A stretch of DNA of 64,000 nucleotides, from the NCBI GenBank assembly GCA_947467145.1, contig CANIGJ010000003.1:79065-143064 (forward strand). Reading direction: 5' to 3'. The notes below the pieces were generated by a model, which was not told the origin of the DNA, did no database searches, and saw only the letters and a list, made by a program, of their open reading frames with translations. Every line of letters begins with the position of its first letter. The stretch's first letter is position 1. Source of the stretch: Rhodospirillaceae bacterium. GTDB lineage: Bacteria; Pseudomonadota; Alphaproteobacteria; Rhodospirillales; UBA2165. The position numbers and the translations under genes were made by a program. Shown in pieces: positions 49,338-56,142 of this stretch.

Positions 49338-50171
49338 CTAGATCATTTCCAGCGGCTTGGCACGTGTCGGCGGGGGAAAGGCGCGATCGATGTCGGCCAG
49401 GTCGTCCGGGGTCATGGTCAGATCGTGCGCCGCGCGATTGTCGCGCACATGCGCAGGGTCTGTCCCCTTTGGGATTGCGATGGTGGCGCGGTCGCGCATG
49501 GCCCAGGCCAGGCAGACCTGCGCCGCACTCGCCCCGTGCCGTTCGGCGATTTTCAGCAAGGCGGAGTGCTTGAGCAGACGGCCCTGCTCGACCGGCGAAT
49601 AAGCCATGATGGGAATGGCGTGTTGGCGGCTCCAGGGGGCCAAGTCGAAATCGATACCGCGCCGCTGCGGATTGTAGAGCACCTGATTGCTGGCGACGTC
49701 GGTTCCACCGTCGCAGGCCATCAGTTCCTCCATGTCGGCGAGGTCGAAGTTGCTGACGCCCCAATGACGGATCTTGCCTTGTGCGCGCAAGGCATGGAAC
49801 GCGTCGATCGTTTCTTGCAGCGCGAAGTTGCCGCGCCAGTGCAGCAGATACAAATCGATCCGGTCGGTGCGCAGACGTTTGAGCGAGCGTTCGCAGGCCG
49901 CGACCGTGCCGCGCGCCGATGCATTGCTGGGCAGCACCTTGCTGACGATGAAAGTTTCGTCGCGTCGTCCCTTGATCGCTTCGGCGACAATTTCTTCGGC
50001 GCCGCCATCGCCATACATTTCGGCGGTATCGATCAGGGTCATGCCGAGATCGAGGCCGAGTTTGAGCGCGGCGATCTCGGCGGCGCGCAGGCTCGCTTTC
50101 TCGCCCATCATCCAGGTGCCGAGGCCGAGCACCGGCACCGCTTCGCCATTCGGCAGTTTGGTCGTGCGCAT
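49338..50171 (-). CDS. aldo/keto reductase
   Basis: 277 aa. Motifs LGLGTWMMGE, IDTAEMYG and LYLLHW. Confidence 0.85.
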   Translation of the reverse strand: MRTTKLPNGEAVPVLGLGTWMMGEKASLRAAEIAALKLGLDLGMTLIDTAEMYGDGGAEEIVAEAIKGRRDETFIVSKVLPSNASARGTVAACERSLKRLRTDRIDLYLLHWRGNFALQETIDAFHALRAQGKIRHWGVSNFDLADMEELMACDGGTDVASNQVLYNPQRRGIDFDLAPWSRQHAIPIMAYSPVEQGRLLKHSALLKIAERHGASAAQVCLAWAMRDRATIAIPKGTDPAHVRDNRAAHDLTMTPDDLADIDRAFPPPTRAKPLEMI

Positions 50172-50182
50172 CTCGGCGTCTC

Positions 50183-51112
50183 CTAGTTGGCCTTTGAAGG
50201 ACCAGGGCAGGATTCAATCTTCGCCATGCGGTCGGCGAGGAAATCGATGAGGTGACGCACCGCACTGGTGACGCCGCGTCGCGACGGGTAAACGGCGTGC
50301 ACCGGTCCGGGTGCCACACTCCAATCGTAAAGCACGGGACGCAAGGTGCCCGCCTGCAATTCGCGATGGCAGGTGTAGTCCGGCACGTAGGCGAAGCCCA
50401 AGCCATGCACGGCGGCTTGCACGCAGGCGATCAGGTTGTCGACCGTCAGGCGTGAATTGACGTCGAGCTCGGTGCTGGCGCCGGTCGTCGGATGACGGAA
50501 CGGCCATTTGCGTTCCGTATCGCCGATGCCCAAGCCGACGCAGGGCGCGCCGATCAGATCTTCGGGCGTTTTCGGTGTGCCATGCGCGTCGAGAAATTTC
50601 GGACTGGCGACGACGATGAATTGCGTTTGCCACAAAAGTTTTGCGACCAGATCGGAACTGGTCAGCGGCCCGCTTGAGGCGCGGATGGCGAGGTCGTAGC
50701 GCTCCGCTGCCACGTCGACGAAACGGTCGTTCAGGCTGAGCGAGATTTTCACTTTCGGATACATCTGCGCGAATTCGGCGAGCAGCTGTGCCAGCACCAA
50801 TTCGCCCATCATGACCGATGCGCTGATGCGCAACGTGCCCGACGGTTCCGACATGGCTTCATTCGCTGCCGCCTCGGCGGCTTCGGCTTCGCTCACCATC
50901 TTCTGGGCGTGACCGTAGACGACTTCGCCGACCTGGGTGACGGCGAAACTGCGCGCCGAGCGCTGGATCAGCCGCACACCCAGCCGGTCCTCCAGCGCCG
51001 CGATGCGGCGGCTCAGGCGTGATTTCGGGATGCCCGAGGCGCGTCCGGCGGCGGTGAAGCCGCCGGCTTCCACGACGCGGGCATAGAGGGCGAGGTCATC
51101 GAGATCGAGCAT
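50183..51112 (-). CDS. LysR-family transcriptional regulator
   Basis: Trimmed to ATG 51112 (MLDLDDLALYARVVEAGGFTAAGRASGIPKSRLSRRIAALE HTH). Divergent from the FMN reductase. ATAC-N17-GTAT dyad at 51158..51182 in the shared intergenic region. Confidence 0.85.
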   Translation of the reverse strand: MLDLDDLALYARVVEAGGFTAAGRASGIPKSRLSRRIAALEDRLGVRLIQRSARSFAVTQVGEVVYGHAQKMVSEAEAAEAAANEAMSEPSGTLRISASVMMGELVLAQLLAEFAQMYPKVKISLSLNDRFVDVAAERYDLAIRASSGPLTSSDLVAKLLWQTQFIVVASPKFLDAHGTPKTPEDLIGAPCVGLGIGDTERKWPFRHPTTGASTELDVNSRLTVDNLIACVQAAVHGLGFAYVPDYTCHRELQAGTLRPVLYDWSVAPGPVHAVYPSRRGVTSAVRHLIDFLADRMAKIESCPGPSKAN

Positions 51113-51223
51113 CGGATTGTTCCATTTATGAAACACTAAGTCGCAAAAAGGCTATCTATACCGATTATCGTTCCAAATGTATCACTCTGTCCATCAGCAA
51201 TTCACCAAATGATGGAGGTCATC

Positions 51224-51802
51224 ATGAACAACAAAATCGACATTCTGGCCCTGAGCGGCAGCCTGCGGGCCGACTCGTTCAACGCCAAGCTGCTCGCCGC
51301 CGCGCAAAACCAGGCCCCGGCCGGTGCGACGATTGAGATCTACGATTATCGCGACGTGCCGCTCTATGACGGCGATGTCGAGGTCCGCGACTATCCCAAG
51401 GCGGCGCAGGCTCTCAAAGACCGCATCCGCAAGGCCGACGCCCTGTTGATCGCGACCCCGGAATACAATTATTCGGTTCCCGGCGTTCTGAAGAATGTCC
51501 TCGATTGGGTCTCACGCCCCTACGGCGACAGCGCGCTGGCCGGTAAGCCGCTCGCGATCATCGGCGGCGGCGGTGGCCAGGGCACCAACCGCGCGCAGGA
51601 TCATCTGCGCCAGATCGCCCACGGCCTCGATATGCAGGTCGTGCGCCGTCCCGAAATCTTCATCGCGAATGTCTGGGGCAAGTTCGATGAGAACGGCACG
51701 CTCGCGGACCCGATCGCGAACAAGTTGATCGCCGAGTTGCTCGGCAATCTCGCCGGCATGGCGCGCGCTGCGCAGGCCGGTGACGTCAAGGCGGCGGCCT
51801 AG
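51224..51802 (+). CDS. NADPH-dependent FMN reductase
   Basis: Start ATG 51224 (SD GGAGG at 51213). Motifs ILALSGSLRADSFN and IATPEYNYSVPGVLKN. Confidence 0.8.
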   Translation: MNNKIDILALSGSLRADSFNAKLLAAAQNQAPAGATIEIYDYRDVPLYDGDVEVRDYPKAAQALKDRIRKADALLIATPEYNYSVPGVLKNVLDWVSRPYGDSALAGKPLAIIGGGGGQGTNRAQDHLRQIAHGLDMQVVRRPEIFIANVWGKFDENGTLADPIANKLIAELLGNLAGMARAAQAGDVKAAA

Positions 51803-51893
51803 TCTTACGCAAACGAAGTTCACGCAAACACGTCCACACACAAAAACAAACGTTCATTCCCATACATCAACTCACACACGAAAGGTAACGACC

Positions 51894-52493
51894 ATGTCCA
51901 CTGTTAAACTCTCCCTCACCGCGATCTCTGCCGCCCTTGGTTTGGCGATCGCCCTGCAATCGGCGCCAGTGAGCGCGCAGGCCCAGAATCAAGCCTTGGC
52001 GGCGGATGCGCTCAAAGGCACCCAGTTCGCCGGCCCTGAATATGTCCAGCATAGCTGGGGCGTCGAATATCGTCCGTTCGACACGCCGTCGGTGCAGTAC
52101 AGCTGGGCGGAAATCCGCGCCCGCCTCGCGCAGCAGAATGCGAAGTCGGTCGTGCAGGCCGATGCCCGTCCGGTTGCGGCCGACGCGCTGAAGGGCAGCG
52201 AATTCGATAGCGCCGACTACGTCCGTCATAGCTGGGGCTTTGAGAAGGTCTCGTTCGACGGGCCGTCGGTCAAACTGACCTGGAGCGAGATCAACGCGCG
52301 CTTGGCCAATGCGGTCGTGAAGTCGAAGTCGGCGCCGCAGGCGAACGCGCAGCCGATCCCGGCGGATGCCTTGCGCGGCACGCCGTTCGCCACTCCGGAT
52401 TACGTCCGTCACAGCTGGGGCCTCGAGCAGGTGCCGTTCGATGCGCCCTCGGTTCGCCTGAACTGGGGCGAGATCAAGCAGCTCATCGGCTAA
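51894..52493 (+). CDS. secreted protein of unknown function built from three tandem ~43-aa core repeats
   Basis: ORF 51780..52493 trimmed to ATG 51894 (signal peptide ...APVSAQA). Three copies of ADAL[KR]G..F....YV.HSWG.E...FD.PSV...W.EI. Confidence 0.65.
   Translation: MSTVKLSLTAISAALGLAIALQSAPVSAQAQNQALAADALKGTQFAGPEYVQHSWGVEYRPFDTPSVQYSWAEIRARLAQQNAKSVVQADARPVAADALKGSEFDSADYVRHSWGFEKVSFDGPSVKLTWSEINARLANAVVKSKSAPQANAQPIPADALRGTPFATPDYVRHSWGLEQVPFDAPSVRLNWGEIKQLIG
52002..52490 (+). repeat. three in-frame tandem coding repeats (units starting at 52002, 52179, 52362)
   Basis: Protein-level periods are 59 and 61 aa; the third unit is a truncated 43-aa core. Aligned by eye. Confidence 0.7.
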
Positions 52494-52526
52494 ACGCCGC
52501 CAACCCATCCACATAAAGGTGCAATC

Positions 52527-52709
52527 ATGACCGACCTGACACTCTCCACCATCGCGGCTGCCGCTGCTCTGTTTGTTGCAGGGGCAGGCGTGGTTACCTC
52601 GGCACCCGAGCCCGTTCCCACGATCATCTCGATCAACGGTCTCGGCGGACTGGAGCTCACCCCGGTGACGCAGTCCATCGTCGCCTCGGTTCCGGACCAA
52701 CGTTATTAG
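52527..52709 (+). CDS. small hypothetical protein (60 aa) with N-terminal hydrophobic/signal-like segment
   Basis: AAGGTG 6 nt upstream of the ATG, 33 nt after the repeat-protein stop. Moderately high GC3 (estimated by eye). Confidence 0.4.
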   Translation: MTDLTLSTIAAAAALFVAGAGVVTSAPEPVPTIISINGLGGLELTPVTQSIVASVPDQRY

Positions 52710-52737
52710 GTTCTACGGCCGCCAGCCTCCCGGCCGT

Positions 52738-52797
52738 GCCGCACCCCTCGCACCGTTACGCCCCTTGGTGCGAGGGGTGCGGCGCCCCGGTGGGGCG
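52738..52797 (+). other. 17-bp perfect GC-rich hairpin followed by a second 6-bp hairpin, no U-tract
   Basis: GCCGCACCCCTCGCACC (52738..52754) pairs perfectly with GGTGCGAGGGGTGCGGC (52767..52783). Then CGCCCC-GGT-GGGGCG (52783..52797). Confidence 0.6.
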
Positions 52798-52868
52798 TCT
52801 CGCGGTAACAATCTCTTAAACTTTGGGCGCGATGATCCTGGAAAAACCAACGCCAGGATTTCGCGCTT

Positions 52869-52991
52869 ATGGATATGAGCATCGTGTTCGTCATGACGGT
52901 CTTCGTCGTCGGGTTGACGTCGATCGGCTATATCCTGGAAGAGCCGGAAACGGCTTCGAGCCGTAAAAAGCGTCTAAATCCAAAGGGTTAA
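52869..52991 (+). CDS. candidate 40-aa single-TM micro-protein (below the ORF-track cutoff)
   Basis: MDMSIVFVMTVFVVGLTSIGYILEEPETASSRKKRLNPKG. High GC3 across the TM part. Preceded by a hairpin (52827..52866) that pairs the only AGGA. Confidence 0.3.
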   Translation: MDMSIVFVMTVFVVGLTSIGYILEEPETASSRKKRLNPKG

Positions 52992-53001
52992 TGCACCTAA
53001 A

Positions 53002-53046
53002 TTTTTTTTGTGCGGCCCTTGCATCCTCTTTTGGCAAGCCTATATC
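53002..53046 (+). promoter_or_regulatory. hsp20 promoter (TTGCAT-N16-TATATC) with upstream T8 UP-like tract
   Basis: -35 TTGCAT at 53019..53024 and -10 TATATC at 53041..53046. It also reads CTTGCAT-N14-CCTATATC, so a sigma-32 type is possible. T8 at 53002..53009. Confidence 0.55.
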
Positions 53047-53052
53047 GATGAG

Positions 53053-53153
53053 CGGAGTTGAGGCCGCCCTGTGTGGGGTCTCGCATCCGTTCTGCAGGAA
53101 TTCGGCCATGGTGGCGGGTTCCTTTCATATTGCTTCGAACAGAGGATATGACC
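53053..53153 (+). promoter_or_regulatory. ROSE-like RNA thermometer in the hsp20 5' UTR
   Basis: About 100-nt leader with several hairpins. In the last one (53126..53150), CAUAUUGCU pairs with AGGAUAUG: the UUGCU anti-SD sits opposite SD AGGA with a bulged G32, and the loop is 8 nt. Confidence 0.6.
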
Positions 53154-53642
53154 ATGCGTACATACGATTTTTCCCCCTTGTTCCGTTATTCGGTCGGTTT
53201 CGATCGCATGCAGCGCTTGTTGGATTCCGCAGCTGAGCGCTCGGACAGCGCGCCGGGCTATCCGCCCTATAACATCGAGACGGTCGGCGAAAACGCCTAT
53301 CGCATCACGATGGCGGTTGCCGGTTTTGCCGAGGAAGACCTCGACGTCACGGTCAAGGAGAACCAGCTCACCATCGCCGGCCGCAACGAGCGCAAGGACG
53401 AAGAGGTCGCGTACCTGCATCGCGGCATCGCGAACCGCGCCTTTGAACGTCGCTTCGACCTCGCCGACCATGTGAAGGTCGTCGGCGCTAATCTGGCGAA
53501 CGGCATGTTGACTGTTTCGCTTGAACGTCAGGTGCCCGAGGAATCGAAGCCGCGTAAGGTCGAGATCAAGAAGGGCACGGTCGAGAAGCTCGTCGATACG
53601 GCGAAGAAATTCATCGGTGCCGATGAAGCGAAGGCCGCTTAA
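53154..53642 (+). CDS. Hsp20/IbpA-family small heat-shock protein
   Basis: ORF 53058..53642 trimmed to ATG 53154 (MRTYDFSPLFRYSVGFDRM, like IbpA). Alpha-crystallin core YRITMAVAGF..DLDVTV....LTIAG...AFERRFDLAD...NGMLTVSL. Confidence 0.9.
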   Translation: MRTYDFSPLFRYSVGFDRMQRLLDSAAERSDSAPGYPPYNIETVGENAYRITMAVAGFAEEDLDVTVKENQLTIAGRNERKDEEVAYLHRGIANRAFERRFDLADHVKVVGANLANGMLTVSLERQVPEESKPRKVEIKKGTVEKLVDTAKKFIGADEAKAA

Positions 53643-53663
53643 TTTCGCCTTCTAAAACGAAAC

Positions 53664-53700
53664 AGGCGCGCGGGTTAACACCCGCGCGCCTTTTGTTTTT
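53664..53700 (+). terminator. Rho-independent terminator of hsp20
   Basis: AGGCGCGCGGG-TTAACA-CCCGCGCGCCT followed by TTTGTTTTT. Confidence 0.85.
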
Positions 53701-53744
53701 GTCGCGTTCATTGATCGTATGCGGCTCTGCGTTATAGTGACGCC

Positions 53745-54344
53745 ATGATCCGCCCTTTATCCGTTCTGACCGTCCTGGCTGCGCTGGCCGCGCCGCATGT
53801 TGTGCTTGCCCAGGCCCCCGCGAGCGGCGCCGGCGGGATTGAGAATTCCAAGGACTACAAAGACACCCAGGACGTCATCAACAAGACGCAGACCAAGATC
53901 GATCAATTGCGCCGGGACAATGACGTGCGCGCCAAGGAGATCGAGGCCGTCGCCAACAAAGTCAGCGAAGCCATCAATACGATGTCGAGCCAGGGTTCCG
54001 ACAATTCCAGCCTGCGTTCGGAAATGTCCAAGGTGACCGCTCAGCTCGACCAAGAACGCGAAGCCAACAAGGCGCTGCGCGCCGACCTCGCCAAGGCGAA
54101 GGTGAATGGGCCGCGCGAGAAGGAGCTGGAGGACAAGCTGCGCGCCGCGGAAGACGCCAAGCGCGAGACGGAGAAGCGCCTATCGGCCGCGCTCGACTCC
54201 GTGGCGAACCAAGCCAAGGCGAACCGCCAGTTGGTGACGGATAACGAAGGGCTGCAGAAGGATTTGGATGCGGCGCGTAAGGAAAACGAATTGATCCGCC
54301 GCTTACGCTCGACCAATCCGAGCCAGCCGCTGCCGCCGCGTTAG
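53745..54344 (+). CDS. secreted coiled-coil protein of unknown function
   Basis: Signal peptide MIRPLSVLTVLAALAAPHVVLAQA, then about 170 aa of charged heptad-like sequence. Confidence 0.6.
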   Translation: MIRPLSVLTVLAALAAPHVVLAQAPASGAGGIENSKDYKDTQDVINKTQTKIDQLRRDNDVRAKEIEAVANKVSEAINTMSSQGSDNSSLRSEMSKVTAQLDQEREANKALRADLAKAKVNGPREKELEDKLRAAEDAKRETEKRLSAALDSVANQAKANRQLVTDNEGLQKDLDAARKENELIRRLRSTNPSQPLPPR

Positions 54345-54372
54345 CGCGGCGATCGGTTATGCCGCCCGCGCG

Positions 54373-54618
54373 CTAACCCTCGCGGGATTTCCTCAGCACC
54401 TGTTTCTTGCGTAACAGCCGCGTATAGGCGCGTACGCGATCCTCGACCGTATTCTCGATGGTGAGGAACAGTTCTTTTGTGCCGTCTTCGCCCTGCTGTT
54501 CGCTAAGCGCCGTAGCGCCTTCATTCGCCCCTTCTGCGTTGGCCTTGGCCTCGTTCGCGCGCGCGTTGAGCAGATCGATGAAGCGGCGCAGATCGTCGGT
54601 TCTGATGTGCGGCTTCAT
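54373..54618 (-). CDS. hypothetical 81-aa helical protein
   Basis: ORF 54373..55014 trimmed to ATG 54618 (MKPHIRTDDLRRFIDLLNAR), which overlaps the upstream stop (TGATG). The longer reading is Arg/Gly-rich and looks spurious. Confidence 0.5.
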   Translation of the reverse strand: MKPHIRTDDLRRFIDLLNARANEAKANAEGANEGATALSEQQGEDGTKELFLTIENTVEDRVRAYTRLLRKKQVLRKSREG

Positions 54619-55142
54619 CAGTGCAGCACATTCGCATCGGCGCGCATGACGACGCCCGCATCGCCGACGCTCAATTGCAGATCCCAGCCCGCCCGATCGG
54701 CGGCACCTTGCAGGATATGACAGAGCGCATGCAGCATCTCTTCGTTGAGATTGAGGTTCACAGCACGCCCTTCCACGGTCAGGAAGACGACCTGAACGCC
54801 GCCCTGCTCGGTGCGTGAAATCTTGACCCCGGTGGCGAGCAGCGGCTCGTTCATCTCCGGCGCCGGTTTGGTATCGGCCTGATGCTTTTGGCTGAAGTCG
54901 CTGCCCTGGACCGCCTGTTGATGTTTCATGGACAGGACCGCATTGCGCACATGCGGCTGGGCCTGAGCCTGAACCTCGGGTTCGGCCTCGAAGGAGCGGA
55001 CCGCGACGCCCCATAATTTCTTGACCAGGCGGCGGGTCAGCCAGACGCGGTATTCGTGTTTTTCGCGCGTACTTACGCGGAACAGGATGCGATCCTGCAC
55101 CGGCACGAATTCCGCCGTCATTTGATGAAGTGCGTCAGTCAT
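54618..55142 (-). CDS. hypothetical 174-aa protein
   Basis: Clean ORF with normal composition and no family recognised. No obvious SD at ATG 55142; ATG 55121 is the alternative. Confidence 0.55.
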   Translation of the reverse strand: MTDALHQMTAEFVPVQDRILFRVSTREKHEYRVWLTRRLVKKLWGVAVRSFEAEPEVQAQAQPHVRNAVLSMKHQQAVQGSDFSQKHQADTKPAPEMNEPLLATGVKISRTEQGGVQVVFLTVEGRAVNLNLNEEMLHALCHILQGAADRAGWDLQLSVGDAGVVMRADANVLH

Positions 55143-55212
55143 TAACGCTAGACTGGCGGTCGGCCAAGCCGATGTCCAGACGGATATCCCTGGTTTTAAC
55201 CTTTAGCCGGCG

Positions 55213-55428
55213 TCAGCGCGCGCCGCGCAACAGCGCCTTGATTTCGGCCTGGGTCAGAATCGGCTGCAACAGGGCGGTGGACGAGGATTTGGATGCCTTG
55301 CTGCCGCGGCGATCTTTCTTGCGGCGATCCGGATGGCCGCGCCGATCCGTGTTGTCGTGGCCGTCGGTGTCGCGCGTGCTCATGTTAATTTCGATATCGC
55401 GAGGATGCGTGCCGTAAAAACCTTGCAT
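55213..55428 (-). CDS. 71-aa Arg-rich micro-protein with C-terminal ILTQAEIKALLRG motif
   Basis: SD GAGGGA 6 nt upstream of ATG 55428. Basic disordered middle DRRGHPDRRKKDRRGSK. The C-terminal helix resembles the FliM N-terminal CheY-binding peptide. Confidence 0.5.
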   Translation of the reverse strand: MQGFYGTHPRDIEINMSTRDTDGHDNTDRRGHPDRRKKDRRGSKASKSSSTALLQPILTQAEIKALLRGAR

Positions 55429-55514
55429 GACCGTTCCCTCTTATTATTCAGCGTACAGTGCCGTTTCGTGTGAGAAAACGATGCACCCCAGATGGCAAAC
55501 GATATGTTAATTCT

Positions 55515-55571
55515 CTGTGGCCGAACTGTGGCAAACCCGTACACGGGCGAGGGGTCACAGTTTTGTCACAG
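55515..55571. promoter_or_regulatory. four-site symmetric array: CTGTGGC-N4-CTGTGGC ... GTCACAG-N4-GTCACAG
   Basis: 7-mers at 55515, 55526, 55554 and 55565, with 11-bp phasing within each pair and the pairs inverted relative to each other. Central CCCGT-AC-ACGGG. Upstream of the 55428 operon. Confidence 0.5.
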
Positions 55572-55573
55572 GA

Positions 55574-56119
55574 TCACGGCTTAAGCGGGATCTGATCGTC
55601 TTCCGGCGGCTCCATTTCGAACGCGCGCAGGGTTGTGCCGGTCATGCTGAAGAAACCGATCGTAGCAACGAGATCGATAAGCCGTTGTTCGCCCAATGCG
55701 GCAAGTGCGCGGGCGTAGATCGCATCGTCGAGTGTGCGTTTGCCGGCTAACGAATCGGCGACTTCCCAGATCGCGATCTCGGAGGCCTGCGTCATGTCCG
55801 GACGTTTGCGGTCGTTGATCGCGTCGATCATCTCGCGCGTCATGCCGGCGGTGAGTGAGGCGCGCGTCTGCACGCACCAGGCGTAACGCGCATTGAAATG
55901 GCGGATGGTGACCAGAACGGCGAGCTGGCGTTCGACCGGCGTCAACGAACTGGCGCGGATGCAATCGCTCAGCGCCTGATTGAGCTTAAATAACGCCGGA
56001 TTGCGCATATAGGCGATGTAAGGCCCCTGGCTGCGGCCACCGGCGCGCGCCAGCTCTTCATAATAGCGTGCGAAATCAGGATCCATCTTGTCGCGTGCCA
56101 ACGGGTCTAATCGGGACAT
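55574..56119 (-). CDS. carboxymuconolactone decarboxylase (AhpD-like) family protein
   Basis: ORF 55574..56620 trimmed to ATG 56119 (MSRLDPLARDKMDP, SD GGAGC). Family call rests on overall helical CMD-like resemblance only. Confidence 0.55.
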   Translation of the reverse strand: MSRLDPLARDKMDPDFARYYEELARAGGRSQGPYIAYMRNPALFKLNQALSDCIRASSLTPVERQLAVLVTIRHFNARYAWCVQTRASLTAGMTREMIDAINDRKRPDMTQASEIAIWEVADSLAGKRTLDDAIYARALAALGEQRLIDLVATIGFFSMTGTTLRAFEMEPPEDDQIPLKP

Positions 56120-56142
56120 CGTAAAGCTCCTGCTGTTGATGG

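Noticed and set aside
52706-53109. Minus-strand track ORFs 52706..52894 and 52891..53109.
   Set aside because: They have poor composition (Arg/Gly-rich, no SD) and span the hsp20 promoter and ROSE leader. The plus-strand micro-ORF and regulatory elements explain the region better.
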